Positions 1 through 10,552 of a stretch of DNA of 64,000 bases are shown piece after piece. The DNA comes from Candidatus Bathyarchaeota archaeon (GTDB lineage Archaea > Thermoproteota > Bathyarchaeia > 40CM-2-53-6 > RBG-13-38-9). A model generated the notes under the pieces. That model had not been told where the DNA came from. It made no database searches and saw nothing but the letters and a program-made list of their open reading frames with translations. The translations under genes and the position numbers were made by a program. The stretch spans positions 288,001-352,000 of the forward strand of contig CAWECG010000004.1 in assembly GCA_963807605.1 (NCBI GenBank). The letters run 5' to 3'. Numbering within the stretch: position 1 is the stretch's first letter; each line of letters begins with the position of its first letter.

Positions 1-1336
1 CACAGAATACCTCACAGAAAAAGAAATTGAGCTTAAAGAAAGAGTGGTTAAAGAAGAGACTGAAGACTTGATTCGCCAATATGGCGAAGCCTCAAGGGGC
101 TTAGTGATCAACCCAGAATACTTTGCCTTATCACATATGTTGAGAAGATCCAGAACCTATCCGCCGTTAAGGTACAGCTACCTAAACACGTTTTGCAGGA
201 ACTTACGCCAAAGAAACATGTCACGAGTAATGCCCGGTTATCTAAAGGCAATCGACAGGTTAGTCAATCAAGCAATTCTGGATGAATCCAGTGAAGGCGT
301 AATTGTCCGAGACGAATTCATTGACAGAGTTCTTTCGCGGAAAACAAAGGACACGGTTATAAACGTTGCAGAGGTCAGCAAGAGAGCTCTGTACTCCTAT
401 CTGATGCATGGAAGAGCAGGTTTTGTCTCGCCGGAACTAATTTCACGAGAACTGGCTTCCAAGGTTCGACGAGAACTTCTCCTTACGGGCCTAAGCCTAC
501 AGGTTGAAAATCCCACGGTTCACCTCTCGCTGAGGACCGCCAAAGGCTTGGTTCCTCTTGACGAACGTGGAACCATCAAGGACATCATCATAAAGATGAG
601 GCCTAATTCCAAGATAGTGATCCGCCCCCTTGGGGGCGTTCTGAACGAAGTCTATCTGGTTTCGGCGAATGGTGACAAGTTAGTCGTCAAGGTCTTCACT
701 GACTGGCATGGTTTTAAGTGGTTTACGCTCAACCTTGTGACTCTTGGCACAAAGGTATTCTCCGTCTCTGGGAAAGCTAGGCTCTCGAATGAATTTGGAA
801 TGAGCCATCTGCTGAGAAGATCCGGGATACACACCCCAGAGATACTGCATGTTAGCCTACCGAACAAAATGCTGGTTGAAAGATACATCGAAGGGAGCAC
901 GCTTGTTGGAACCGTAAGACAAATTGTTAGATGCGAAGCTTGTCCAGAAAGGTTCTACGATGATGTTGTAGAGATCGGCCAGATCATTGCAAAGATACAC
1001 TCACTCGGCATCCAGATAGGAGATAGCAAACCTGAAAATTTCCTTAAAGGTCCTACTGACGCAATTCACATTATAGATCTTGAACAAGCGAGAAAAGGAG
1101 GCGACTTTGCTTGGGACATTGCCGAGTTCTTGTACTACTCAGCTCACTATGCAACAACCCAAGTCCCTGGAATTCGTCGCCTGGCGGAGGCGTTCATAGA
1201 AGGGTATGTTGGGGAGGGCGATCCAGTGTGTCTCAGGAAAGCGGCCGGATTGAGTTACCTTAAGGTTTTTTCATTTTGGGCGTTGCCACAAGTCAACTAC
1301 TCCATACCCGATATCCTAAGGAAAGCCAGTCAATGA
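1..1336 (+). CDS. Multidomain protein with C-terminal RIO/Bud32/Kdo-like kinase domain (5' truncated by window edge)
   Basis: The frame is open back to the window start. Kinase motifs are VVK, IGDSKPENF (catalytic loop), DLEQA and WDIAEFLYY. Confidence 0.75.
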   Translation, partial: TEYLTEKEIELKERVVKEETEDLIRQYGEASRGLVINPEYFALSHMLRRSRTYPPLRYSYLNTFCRNLRQRNMSRVMPGYLKAIDRLVNQAILDESSEGVIVRDEFIDRVLSRKTKDTVINVAEVSKRALYSYLMHGRAGFVSPELISRELASKVRRELLLTGLSLQVENPTVHLSLRTAKGLVPLDERGTIKDIIIKMRPNSKIVIRPLGGVLNEVYLVSANGDKLVVKVFTDWHGFKWFTLNLVTLGTKVFSVSGKARLSNEFGMSHLLRRSGIHTPEILHVSLPNKMLVERYIEGSTLVGTVRQIVRCEACPERFYDDVVEIGQIIAKIHSLGIQIGDSKPENFLKGPTDAIHIIDLEQARKGGDFAWDIAEFLYYSAHYATTQVPGIRRLAEAFIEGYVGEGDPVCLRKAAGLSYLKVFSFWALPQVNYSIPDILRKASQ

Positions 1337-1472
1337 AGAACATTGAGAACACAATTCGCAACCACACAAGACCAAGGATCTCTATGAACATAGAAGACAG
1401 TGAAAAACTTAACAGTAAGTCAGCTTTTTTGCGTCAACAAGTATTGCTCTTGCTTTTTGAAAAGGGTTAAGG

Positions 1473-2145
1473 ATGTTTCAGTTGGAGCTTCGTAACTCTA
1501 GAAAGCGGCCGAGGCTCGTCATTTTTGATCTGGACGGCACAATCACAAGGTTTCCAAATGTCTGGAGGCATCTTCATACAAAACTTGGAACTTGGGAATT
1601 TGGAAAGATGCATTCCCAGAGGTATCTTGATGGCGAAATCACCTACAAAGAATGGGCAGAGTTAGACTGTGCTTTATGGAAAGGAACAAAGGTCGATAAG
1701 CTCTTGGAGATAGTGTCCAGAGTCGAATACTTTGACGGGGCAGCCGAGACGATTAGAAGGATCAAGGAAGCGGGCATGGAAGTTGGTATAGTGAGCGCAG
1801 GCATCTCACTGTTTGCCGAGAAGGTCGCAGAGGATCTGGGCGTCAAGAGAGTCCTATCAAATCATTTGGTGATATCGAATGGCGTCCTTACTGGCGACAT
1901 CGAAACGAATGTTCTCTCTGGATGATAAGCCCAAGATAATCAGAGACGTTGCGACGTCGCTAGGTATCCCCATGTCTCAGGTGGCCGTCGTAGGGGATAA
2001 TGTCTTCGATATGCCGTCGGAAGCAATGCTCAAAATAGCGTTTAATCCCAGGAGCAAAGAGGCAGAAGACGCGGCTGACTTTGTTGTCAAGGACGATGAT
2101 TTGAGAAAGGTCCTGCCGCTAATACTCCGGGAAGCTTGGGACTGA
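1473..2145 (+). CDS. HAD-IB phosphoserine phosphatase-like hydrolase, frameshifted near 1912
   Basis: FDLDGT and VSAG lie in ORF 1473-1925; K..., VGDNVFD and IAFNP lie in ORF 1879-2145. Removing one T in GTTCTCTCTG joins the two. Confidence 0.8.
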
Positions 2146-2399
2146 CTGATCCCGAATGCAGTTGCTTTTTAAGACTTGTTCCTTTGTAATAATGGACACC
2201 ATGTGGATCCAAGCCGATAACATCGATAGTGGGATGAGCACCCAGAACTTGAATTGTCAAACCTGATGAAGTAAGCTATGTTGAACGGATTGCCCATAGT
2301 TGTCTCTCTCGCCTGTCTAACCACAAACACCTTCATATCTATGTTTAGAAAATAGACAGAACGCAATTTTTTGAGGCCAGAATTTGAGGTTCGTAGGCG

Positions 2400-2804
2400 A
2401 TGCGAAGTAAAGTCATAATTCGAGAAGACGGTCTAGCAACCATAGGAATTCCTCCTCTCCAAAGCCGAACAATTCGCCTGAGGGACATACAGTCCGTCGA
2501 AGTCTATAGTAAGAGCATAGTCCCCCCTTTGGTTTCAGCCATATTCATATCGGTCGCGCAAATATTTTTTCTGGCCCTGAGGGGTGTCACGCCTGCTCTT
2601 TGCACCCCGGATTTGTTTAATCTCATTTTATTGATATTCAATGTTCCTGTTCTTCTATGTATTCTGCTCGCCTTTTTCAGGGCAAGATGTGTAACGCTTA
2701 GAATATTTTTTCAGAGCAGTGACAGACCGTTAGCAATGCGTTTTGTGCCGCGTTCAGTTGCGGAGAGCTTTGTCGATGAATACTCAAGACTTCACGAAGG
2801 TTGA
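2400..2804 (+). CDS. Hypothetical membrane protein (two TM segments)
   Basis: ATG start, two hydrophobic stretches, tandem with trmI. Confidence 0.6.
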   Translation: MRSKVIIREDGLATIGIPPLQSRTIRLRDIQSVEVYSKSIVPPLVSAIFISVAQIFFLALRGVTPALCTPDLFNLILLIFNVPVLLCILLAFFRARCVTLRIFFQSSDRPLAMRFVPRSVAESFVDEYSRLHEG

Positions 2805-2826
2805 AGTGAAAGCGGTGGTGAGCTAA

Positions 2827-3642
2827 TTGAGTGAACGAATCGACGTTGGAACAACCGTATTGCTATGGCTAGATAATAGAAGAAAATGGTTGGTGGAAGT
2901 CAAAGATGGGAAGCAGTTTCATACACACAGAGGAATTATCGAACTCACTGAACTCGTAGGCAAGTCCTTCGGTGACACGGTGACAACCTCAACTGGATAC
3001 AGATTGTACGTTTTGAGACCATCCTTCTACGATCGTCTATCCTTCCTTGAGAGACCCACACAGATACTCTATCCGAAAGATATAGGGCTCCTGCTGCTGA
3101 GGCTCGACTTGGGACCTGGCAAGATAGTGGTTGAGGCAGGCACTGGAAGTGGCGCGGTCACAGCAGCAATGGCTAATATTGTTCGGCCGACGGGACACGT
3201 CTATTCGTACGATGTTAATATGAGCTTCCTTAGCAAGGCAGAGTCCAATTTGTCCAAAATGGATCTGCTTCCCCATGTCACTCTTAGATGTTCAGACGCT
3301 AGAAATGGGTTTGAAGAATCCAATGTTGATGCCGTGTTTCTTGACTTGGGCGATCCTTGGAATGTTGTCGCCCAAGCCCACCTCTGCCTAAAAGGCGGAG
3401 CAAATCTCGCCTCGTTCAGCCCCACTATGAACCAAGTCGAGAAAACCGCCGTATGCTTGAGGCAACATGGGTTCGTTGACATAGACACCTGTGAAATTTT
3501 TTTGAGGCATATCCGTGCCGAAGAAGGAAAATCAAGACCTGAAACACGTATGATTGGTCATACAGGCTATCTTACCTTCGGAAGAAAGGCTAACAGAACA
3601 ATTGAGCCAAGCCGAGATCCAGCATCATCTTTACATCCTTGA
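2827..3642 (+). CDS. trmI: tRNA (adenine-N1)-methyltransferase TrmI/GCD14
   Basis: Motifs FHTHRG, TQILYPKDIG, EAGTGSG, VFLDLGDPW and MIGHTGYL. Confidence 0.95.
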   Translation: MSERIDVGTTVLLWLDNRRKWLVEVKDGKQFHTHRGIIELTELVGKSFGDTVTTSTGYRLYVLRPSFYDRLSFLERPTQILYPKDIGLLLLRLDLGPGKIVVEAGTGSGAVTAAMANIVRPTGHVYSYDVNMSFLSKAESNLSKMDLLPHVTLRCSDARNGFEESNVDAVFLDLGDPWNVVAQAHLCLKGGANLASFSPTMNQVEKTAVCLRQHGFVDIDTCEIFLRHIRAEEGKSRPETRMIGHTGYLTFGRKANRTIEPSRDPASSLHP

Positions 3643-3689
3643 AACAGAACTAAGTGCATCAAAGCTTGACCTAGGATGATTGATTAAAG

Positions 3690-4586
3690 TTGTCCGTCGG
3701 AAGAAATATTGGTGTTGTGGGTCTGGGGGCCATGGGTTTACCTATGACCAAGAATCTCCTGCGTAAGGGTTTCAGCGTGAGCGTCTTCGACGTAAGAGAT
3801 GAGCCCCTTGCGAGTCTTAAAGCGATGGGCGCCAAGCCCGCAGGATCACCAAAAGAAGTCGGGGCTACATCCTCGATTGTGCTGATGTCCCTCCCCTCAT
3901 CGAAGCAGGTTGAGGAAGTCGTCTTAGGAAACAACGGATTACTCGAAGGGATGAAGAAAGGGAGTGTGATAGTTGACACAAGCACAGTAGATCCGGAAGT
4001 ATCAAAAAGATTGACTGTGGAGTGTAAGAAAAAAGGAATAGCAATGATAGATGCTCCTGTAAGCGGGGGAACTATCGCGGCTGAAAAGGGCACGCTCTCA
4101 ATAATGGTTGGGGGGGACAAGGCCCCTGTTAACAGTTGTATGGATGTTCTTCGTGCTATCGGAGTGAACATATACCATGTCGGAGATTCAGGTCAAGGGC
4201 AAGTCTTCAAGTTGATAAACAACCTGCTCGTTGCAATCAACCTTGTTGGAGTGAGTGAAGCTCTAGTCCTAGGGCTGAAGGCGGGCGTAGATCCTGATCT
4301 GCTTTACGACGTGATCAAGACCAGCGCCGGCAACTCTTGGGCATTAGAGCAGAAGCTGCCTAAGATGGTAAAGAATGACTTCGCACCGGGCTTCAGAGTC
4401 TGGCTGCAGCATAAGGATTTGACCCTCGCAATGAACTTAGCATCACAACTCGGGGTGGCGCTCCCAATGACGAGCTTAGCTCATCAAATGTACCAGTCTG
4501 CAAAAGCCACAGGTCTCCAAGACGCGGACCATTCCGCAATAGTAAAAGTCCTGCAGCGGCTGTCTGGAACTAATTCCAAAGACTAG
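3690..4586 (+). CDS. beta-hydroxyacid dehydrogenase (2-hydroxy-3-oxopropionate reductase / 3-hydroxyisobutyrate dehydrogenase family)
   Basis: Motifs GLGAMG, DAPVSGG, KLINN and KDL. Confidence 0.9.
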   Translation: MSVGRNIGVVGLGAMGLPMTKNLLRKGFSVSVFDVRDEPLASLKAMGAKPAGSPKEVGATSSIVLMSLPSSKQVEEVVLGNNGLLEGMKKGSVIVDTSTVDPEVSKRLTVECKKKGIAMIDAPVSGGTIAAEKGTLSIMVGGDKAPVNSCMDVLRAIGVNIYHVGDSGQGQVFKLINNLLVAINLVGVSEALVLGLKAGVDPDLLYDVIKTSAGNSWALEQKLPKMVKNDFAPGFRVWLQHKDLTLAMNLASQLGVALPMTSLAHQMYQSAKATGLQDADHSAIVKVLQRLSGTNSKD

Positions 4587-4610
4587 CAGTGCTTGCTATT
4601 CTCGAAGCCT

Positions 4611-4898
4611 TCAGTAGGCTCTTCTCAATTTCACTCTATGCGCTAAGTTTTCAGGTATCTCCATCGGATCGATGAACTCTTCAGGTCTAGCTTCGAGCTC
4701 CCTGGCCTTTATGGTTAGGCCACAAACCCCGTTCGACAGTAGTCTTCCTTTCACACATCTTGTATATTTGCAGCTGCTCGGTGTGCACTCGTCATCAGCA
4801 AACCTGCAGTAGGCGGCTTGGCCTCTTACTACAACTGCTCTTTGTTCACACCTGAAGAATTCGCAACGAGTGAAACATGATCTACTCGTATTTGACAA
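4611..4898 (-). CDS. Small Cys-rich hypothetical protein
   Basis: Eight Cys in a patterned arrangement; AGGTGA RBS upstream of the TTG start. Confidence 0.7.
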   Translation of the reverse strand: MSNTSRSCFTRCEFFRCEQRAVVVRGQAAYCRFADDECTPSSCKYTRCVKGRLLSNGVCGLTIKARELEARPEEFIDPMEIPENLAHRVKLRRAY

Positions 4899-5025
4899 AA
4901 AATCACCTAAAAGTACTTGGTCGGATACGTGTAGCCTGAGGGTCTTGTGCAGTTCTACTTGTTATTTCAGCTATGAATTGTGCATCTAATATTCCGATAT
5001 AAGCTTTTCCAAATCGTAGCCATAG

Positions 5026-7194
5026 CTACGCCTTCGTGAAAGCGCCTTCACGTTTACCGTACCAGACCACACTCATAAGCACAAGGATCAATGCCAAACC
5101 AGTAATGCCACTGAGAAGGGGTTGTTCACCAAACTTCAGGATCATCGGTGCAAAGATGAGCGAGATCAAATTGATAACTTTGATCATAGGGTTCAAGGCG
5201 GGTCCCGAGGTGTCCTTAAGCGGATCGCCTACAGTGTCACAGACGACTGCGGCCTTGTGTACTTCAGAACCCTTGCCCCCATAGAATCCATCCTCGATCT
5301 TTTTCTTTGCGTTGTCCCATGCGGCTCCAGAGGAGGCCATGAACACGGCTAGGAGTTGTCCAACCACAATTATTCCTGCCAAAAAGGCGCCCAGAGCAGC
5401 CTCTTTCAATATGAATCCCACTGCCAACGGAGTCAATATGGCAAGAAGTGCCAAACCTACGAGTTCTCTCTGAGCTGCAGAGGTGCAGATCGTCACGACC
5501 TTTGCATAGTCAGGAGGCACGGTTCCGTCAATAATGCCCGGAATCTTGAATTGATTTCTCACCTCCTCGATGATGTAACCTGCTGCCCGGCTCACTGCAC
5601 GAATGGAGACGGAACTGAACAGAAATGGTAGCGCCCCGCCTACAAGCAATCCAACGAAGACGATGGGATTAGCGATGTTAAGCCCCACCTTCTCTAAGCC
5701 CGTCGTCTCAGCAAAGGCTCCAAAGAGAGAAACAGCCGCAATCACAGCGGAAGCGATAGCTATAGCCTTGGTCACCGCTTTTGTCGTATTGCCTGAGGCG
5801 TCAAGGTCAGCCATGATCTTTCTAGCCTCAGGTTCGACACCGGCCATCTCACCTATACCGTTCGCGTTGTCGACTATCGGGCCGAATGCATCCATAGAGA
5901 TGTTATTACCGGTAAGAGTCAGCATTCCTATCCCAGAAAGGGCAACACCGTACATTATCAGCACGACAGAGGCGCCAGAGAAGAAGAAGACTGAAGCGAT
6001 TATTGCCATGCATATGATCAACAGGTTCAATACGGTGACTTCGAAACCCAAGGATAGTCCCTCGAGTATCCCTGTTGCAGCTCCGGTTCGTGATGCGCGG
6101 GCGAGTTCGTCAACTGGTTTCTTAGAGGGATTTGTAAAGTGATCCGTCATTTTATTGAATCCGATTGCTAGGAAGACACCTACCGCGGTGGCTGCGAACA
6201 CTCTCAGATCGTGCACATACAATACTGAAATAACAAAGAAGCCCGCCACCGATATGCTCGCTGAAAGGTCATACGATAGGTCCATAGCTTTGAAGGCGTC
6301 ACCCTTTATCATTCTATGAGGCCATAGGGAGACGCAGTAGGTTCCGATTATTGTGCTTACCACCCCGATGGCCCTGACGAGAAGCGGGTAGATGATCCAT
6401 TTTGCATCAAAGGGCACCAAGGCAAGACCGAGTATCATGGCTGATACTATTGTCACCTCATACGATTCGAATATGTCTGCGGCCATACCGGCACAGTCGC
6501 CCACGTTATCCCCAACAAGGTCTGCAACAACAGCAGCATTGCGTGGATCGTCCTCAGGGATTCCCTTTTCCACTTTCCCGACAAGATCGGCTCCAACATC
6601 AGCGGCTTTGGTATATATTCCGCCACCAACACGCATGAACAATGCGATGAGTGTACCGCCGAATCCAAAGCCCAAAAGAACCTCAGGAGCGTCTCTAAAA
6701 TAGATCATGAAGATCAGTGTGCCACCAAGAAGCCCAAGACCGTCCGTCAACATCCCCGTTATCGTGCCTGACCTGTAAGCGATCCTTAGGGCATCGTGAA
6801 AGTTCCTACGCGCAGCCTCGACGACTCTAATGTTGCCCCTCACTGCCATGTTCATTCCAAGGTATCCCACTAGGCCAGAGAAAGTCACGCCCATGACAAA
6901 CGCACAAGCTCTCCCGATTGAGATCGATTGAGGGCTACCAACGAATACCGCAGAAAGATAAAGAATGAGAGCTAAGGCCACAATAACCAGAAGGATAGAT
7001 CTAAACTGTTTCTTGAGGTAGGCATTTGCTCCCTCGGATATTCCCCTCCAGACATGGAGCATCTTGCCCGTTCCCGTGGCCTCTCTCAGGATCTGACGTG
7101 TCAACAAGATGGCATATGCAAGAGCGCCCAAGGCTGTAGCGACCACAACCCATAGCATTGTGGCTTCAAATGTCAAGCTCATAGTTAGAATCAC
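5026..7194 (-). CDS. hppA: Membrane-integral H+-translocating pyrophosphatase, K+-independent type
   Basis: Motifs GGGIYTKAADVGADLVGKVE, EDDPRN and DTVGDPLKD. GNTTKA carries the Lys determinant of K+ independence. Confidence 0.95.
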   Translation of the reverse strand: MILTMSLTFEATMLWVVVATALGALAYAILLTRQILREATGTGKMLHVWRGISEGANAYLKKQFRSILLVIVALALILYLSAVFVGSPQSISIGRACAFVMGVTFSGLVGYLGMNMAVRGNIRVVEAARRNFHDALRIAYRSGTITGMLTDGLGLLGGTLIFMIYFRDAPEVLLGFGFGGTLIALFMRVGGGIYTKAADVGADLVGKVEKGIPEDDPRNAAVVADLVGDNVGDCAGMAADIFESYEVTIVSAMILGLALVPFDAKWIIYPLLVRAIGVVSTIIGTYCVSLWPHRMIKGDAFKAMDLSYDLSASISVAGFFVISVLYVHDLRVFAATAVGVFLAIGFNKMTDHFTNPSKKPVDELARASRTGAATGILEGLSLGFEVTVLNLLIICMAIIASVFFFSGASVVLIMYGVALSGIGMLTLTGNNISMDAFGPIVDNANGIGEMAGVEPEARKIMADLDASGNTTKAVTKAIAIASAVIAAVSLFGAFAETTGLEKVGLNIANPIVFVGLLVGGALPFLFSSVSIRAVSRAAGYIIEEVRNQFKIPGIIDGTVPPDYAKVVTICTSAAQRELVGLALLAILTPLAVGFILKEAALGAFLAGIIVVGQLLAVFMASSGAAWDNAKKKIEDGFYGGKGSEVHKAAVVCDTVGDPLKDTSGPALNPMIKVINLISLIFAPMILKFGEQPLLSGITGLALILVLMSVVWYGKREGAFTKA

Positions 7195-7341
7195 ACATGG
7201 GAAGGCTACAGATTTCTGCTGGTTATTTTATATAAGCCGTGTGCCTAGGACCGGAATTCCCAGGCTGCAACTCAGTATGATAAAACCCAATGAAGAACTT
7301 TCCAAAGGTATTATGTTTAGCGAGAGACAGGTTTTACCTCT

Positions 7342-7995
7342 CTATTCTGATCCCGAGGTTTTGGCAGGTTCTTCGCGTAGTAGCCCTCTGAGCTTGCATT
7401 CAGCCTGCAGCTCAGCCAAAGTCTCCGAGTCTATCGAAATGTCAAAATGATCTTTTAGCTTTGATCTCGTACCTTCGAGGTCTACTATATTGTTTCTAGA
7501 CACGATCGCCTTAGGGATTAGATTGCACAGATCCTCAATGTAATTCCAGGGAAAGATAACCCATCTCCACTGAATCTTCTCTCCGTAGTAATCGGGTATG
7601 AACTTAGCACCTTCTATATGTCTGAGAGTAGCTGTCCTTATCTCAGCGGGTCCAAGCGACTTTACGTGTTCAACAGACTTCATCATACTTTCTCCAGTAT
7701 CTGTTATGTCGTCCACCAGCAAGACCCTCTTTTCAGAGAGGTCAACAGAAAGCGGATACTTGACTCGGGCCTCACCGTCCGGACTGGCGGTTATTCCCCA
7801 GTGTTCGACCTTGATACTATGGAGTTCCTTTATCCCGAGAAAGTCACAGAGGACGCGAGAGAAGATCCAGCCTCCGCGCGCCAGTCCTATCACAACTTCT
7901 GATTTGTAGCCTGACTCCTTGATCTTCTTCGCCACTTCTCTCGATAGCGAATAGAACTTGTTCCAGTCCATTACTTCACAACTAAAATCGGACAA
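7342..7995 (-). CDS. Purine phosphoribosyltransferase (type I PRT)
   Basis: GLARGG, PRPP loop VLLVDDITDTGES and C-terminal WVIFPW; divergent from mtnP. Confidence 0.9.
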   Translation of the reverse strand: MSDFSCEVMDWNKFYSLSREVAKKIKESGYKSEVVIGLARGGWIFSRVLCDFLGIKELHSIKVEHWGITASPDGEARVKYPLSVDLSEKRVLLVDDITDTGESMMKSVEHVKSLGPAEIRTATLRHIEGAKFIPDYYGEKIQWRWVIFPWNYIEDLCNLIPKAIVSRNNIVDLEGTRSKLKDHFDISIDSETLAELQAECKLRGLLREEPAKTSGSE

Positions 7996-8152
7996 AGGGT
8001 TCCTCACTAAAAGGTTGTGAAAGCATATCTGCAATTTCTTCACAATCTAGTCTAGCAGTAATAAGGATTCCTGCGTCTTGAGAGGCACATGTTGCCTTAA
8101 ACCCGAGTCGCACTTGAAGTTTTATAGAAGAGCCCCGGCCAAAGATGTTGCC

Positions 8153-8944
8153 ATGAACGACAGTGTTGACGTGGCGATAATTGGCGGTTCTGGCCTCTAC
8201 GACCAAGACCTTCTAGAAGATCCACGGGAGGTGAAGGTTCACACGCCTTACGGGCGGACAAGCGACCTTATAATCCTTGGGAATTATGAAGGGAGAAAGA
8301 TCGCCTTTCTTCCTAGACACGGAAGAGGCCACCAGATCCCCCCGCACAACGTGAATTATAGGGCGAACATTTGGGCTCTCAAAAAACTTGGCGTTAAACG
8401 GATACTCTCATCAAATGCGTGCGGTTCGCTCTCAGAGAAACATAAGCCTGGTGACATTCTAGTCTTGGACCAATTCATAGATAGAACGAAGTCTCGGTCC
8501 AGTACCTTCTATGAAGGAGGTCAGGTCTGTCACATCTCGGTCGCGGATCCCTTTTGTCCTGAACTAAGCAAGTTGCTTGTTGAGGAAGGTACGTCTCTGG
8601 GAATTCCCGTTCACGACGGTGGAGTCTACATCTGCATCGAAGGCCCGAGATTCTCCACCAAGGCAGAGAGCAACCTATACAAACGGTGGGGTGCAGATGT
8701 TGTCGGCATGACTATCTTCCCTGAATGTGTACTCGCCCGAGAAACTGAGATATGTTACGGATCGATAGCGCTTGTAACTGATTATGATGTGTGGGCTGAG
8801 AAACCAGTCAGTGTCGATGTGATACTGGACGTGATGAGAGCGAATGTGAACAAAGCTAAGCGGCTGTTTGGATCAGTTATTCCCAAGATCCCAGAAAAGC
8901 CGGCATGCAATTGCTGGAGTGCTCTTAGTAACGCACTGCTGTAG
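8153..8944 (+). CDS. mtnP: S-methyl-5'-thioadenosine phosphorylase
   Basis: Motifs IIGGSGLY, RHGRGH, EGPRFST, GMT and VTDYD. Confidence 0.93.
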   Translation: MNDSVDVAIIGGSGLYDQDLLEDPREVKVHTPYGRTSDLIILGNYEGRKIAFLPRHGRGHQIPPHNVNYRANIWALKKLGVKRILSSNACGSLSEKHKPGDILVLDQFIDRTKSRSSTFYEGGQVCHISVADPFCPELSKLLVEEGTSLGIPVHDGGVYICIEGPRFSTKAESNLYKRWGADVVGMTIFPECVLARETEICYGSIALVTDYDVWAEKPVSVDVILDVMRANVNKAKRLFGSVIPKIPEKPACNCWSALSNALL

Positions 8945-8996
8945 TTGCCCTGCCAGTGTCCCCGAACTGTTCAGCTTCTATCAGTGGGGCCCTTCC

Positions 8997-9377
8997 TTAC
9001 TTGACCTGTGAACCGCATTTCGCGCAGAATTTGGCACGGGATGGCAAAGTCGTTCCACATGTTTTGCATGTAATTGTTGAAGGAGGCGGTGGGCTTGGAG
9101 TTGGTGAAACGACTAAGGCATCTTCAGGCTTTGCCAAGAGAACGACATCCTCGATAGAACTGACATTTGCAAGGGGAACCTCTATGTCTCCGCTGACCTT
9201 AGTGCCCACGATGAGCAAGACCTCTTTGTCGGTGATGCTTATAGCAAAGTCTTTGACGCTTCCAACGATTGCGCCTTTGGAATCGACAACTTGCATTCCG
9301 ATGAATTTTTGACTTGGAATGTAATTTCGTAATTTTTCGCTCAAGCCAGGTTCAACCTTAGAAGAGATCGGTTTCAT
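8997..9377 (-). CDS. PRC-barrel plus zinc-ribbon protein
   Basis: PRC pattern IGMQVVDSKGAIVGSVKD, a Pro-rich linker, then CKTC...CAKC. Confidence 0.8.
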   Translation of the reverse strand: MKPISSKVEPGLSEKLRNYIPSQKFIGMQVVDSKGAIVGSVKDFAISITDKEVLLIVGTKVSGDIEVPLANVSSIEDVVLLAKPEDALVVSPTPSPPPPSTITCKTCGTTLPSRAKFCAKCGSQVK

Positions 9378-9475
9378 TGATTATTAACATTTGCCGCGCG
9401 CTCTCAAAGAGGTTATACTGCTTTTTCGAAACTGTGATATCGGGGTCCTATTACTAAAGGGGAGAGGTTGCTGAC

Positions 9476-10405
9476 ATGCTTTCCTCTAGACAAGTCGTGC
9501 TTATTGTGATCTTAGCGGTTGGAACCCTTTCGGGGTTATCTGTCGTGGAGGCGCCGAAGGCAGTGCATTTCAGCGTGGATATTTCTGGCAACAGGGTGAT
9601 CGCGGAGCGAGATAACTTCCTAACTATCAATGTGACCAACATAGGTGACGACGTATACGACGTCGGTCTGACGTTGGCGCTGACCTCACCTTTGATTCTC
9701 GCAGGTGATAATAATTGGTACTATTCATATATTCCGGCAAACAGCTCAGTAATAATTGATATCTTGCTGCGGGTGCCAGCGAGCGCTATCAAGAGTACGC
9801 TTGGCACAACCTTGACCATTCGCTACAAGGAGATCGGTTATGTTTACTATGGTTCAGAGGATCATGTGATCGGCTTCGCAGTATACGGTTGGATTCAGAT
9901 ACAAGATACTGACAGGTTACTGCAACCTAATTCAACAGCACCGGATTCAATCATAACGATTTCCGGAAACATCCTTAACATTGGGAACACAGCTGCCATG
10001 TACTCAAACATATCGATCCGGAATAGCACTGAGCTCCAATTAAGCGGAGACAGTAGCATATATGCCGGAGAGATTGACCCCAACTCGCCTTACCCTTACA
10101 GTCTCTCAGCAGTTGTCGCGTCCGATGTTAAACCGGGATCTTACAAATTTGAGGTCGAGATGAATTACCAGGACGATCAGTATGTATGGCACAGATATCT
10201 GATCACAATGCCCTTAGAGATATCTGCACGACAGGCGACTACGTCTGGGGAAGAAAGCCCGACAATCTCCGGCCTATTGCTAAGGAATCTTCCGTATATT
10301 GTGGCGGTGACCGTGATGGCGATCTTGATAGTCACTGCTTTGACTGTCAGACGAGCTAGGAAGCGGTCAAAACTTAATCCTGAGACGGTTTCGATGAAGG
10401 TTTAA
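9476..10405 (+). CDS. S-layer-like (COG1361-type) membrane-anchored Ig-fold protein
   Basis: Signal peptide, two N-x-G-containing beta repeats (VTNIG, ILNIG), C-terminal TM with basic tail. Confidence 0.7.
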   Translation: MLSSRQVVLIVILAVGTLSGLSVVEAPKAVHFSVDISGNRVIAERDNFLTINVTNIGDDVYDVGLTLALTSPLILAGDNNWYYSYIPANSSVIIDILLRVPASAIKSTLGTTLTIRYKEIGYVYYGSEDHVIGFAVYGWIQIQDTDRLLQPNSTAPDSIITISGNILNIGNTAAMYSNISIRNSTELQLSGDSSIYAGEIDPNSPYPYSLSAVVASDVKPGSYKFEVEMNYQDDQYVWHRYLITMPLEISARQATTSGEESPTISGLLLRNLPYIVAVTVMAILIVTALTVRRARKRSKLNPETVSMKV

Positions 10406-10552
10406 CTCAGTTTGTTCGGAGTGCCCTTGAGACAGAGAGCTTTTGGGATAGAGCCTTCCGTATCGAAGAGCATTGTGCACTAGCAGGATTCTTTTGTGCG
10501 ATAATGAGAAGCTTTGTGTGTATCAACTTCAGATGCTCTGGTTGAATTTGTT

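Noticed and set aside
2169-2366. 65-aa minus-strand ORF in the gap before the trmI operon
   Set aside because: No recognisable motif; it may be a chance ORF.
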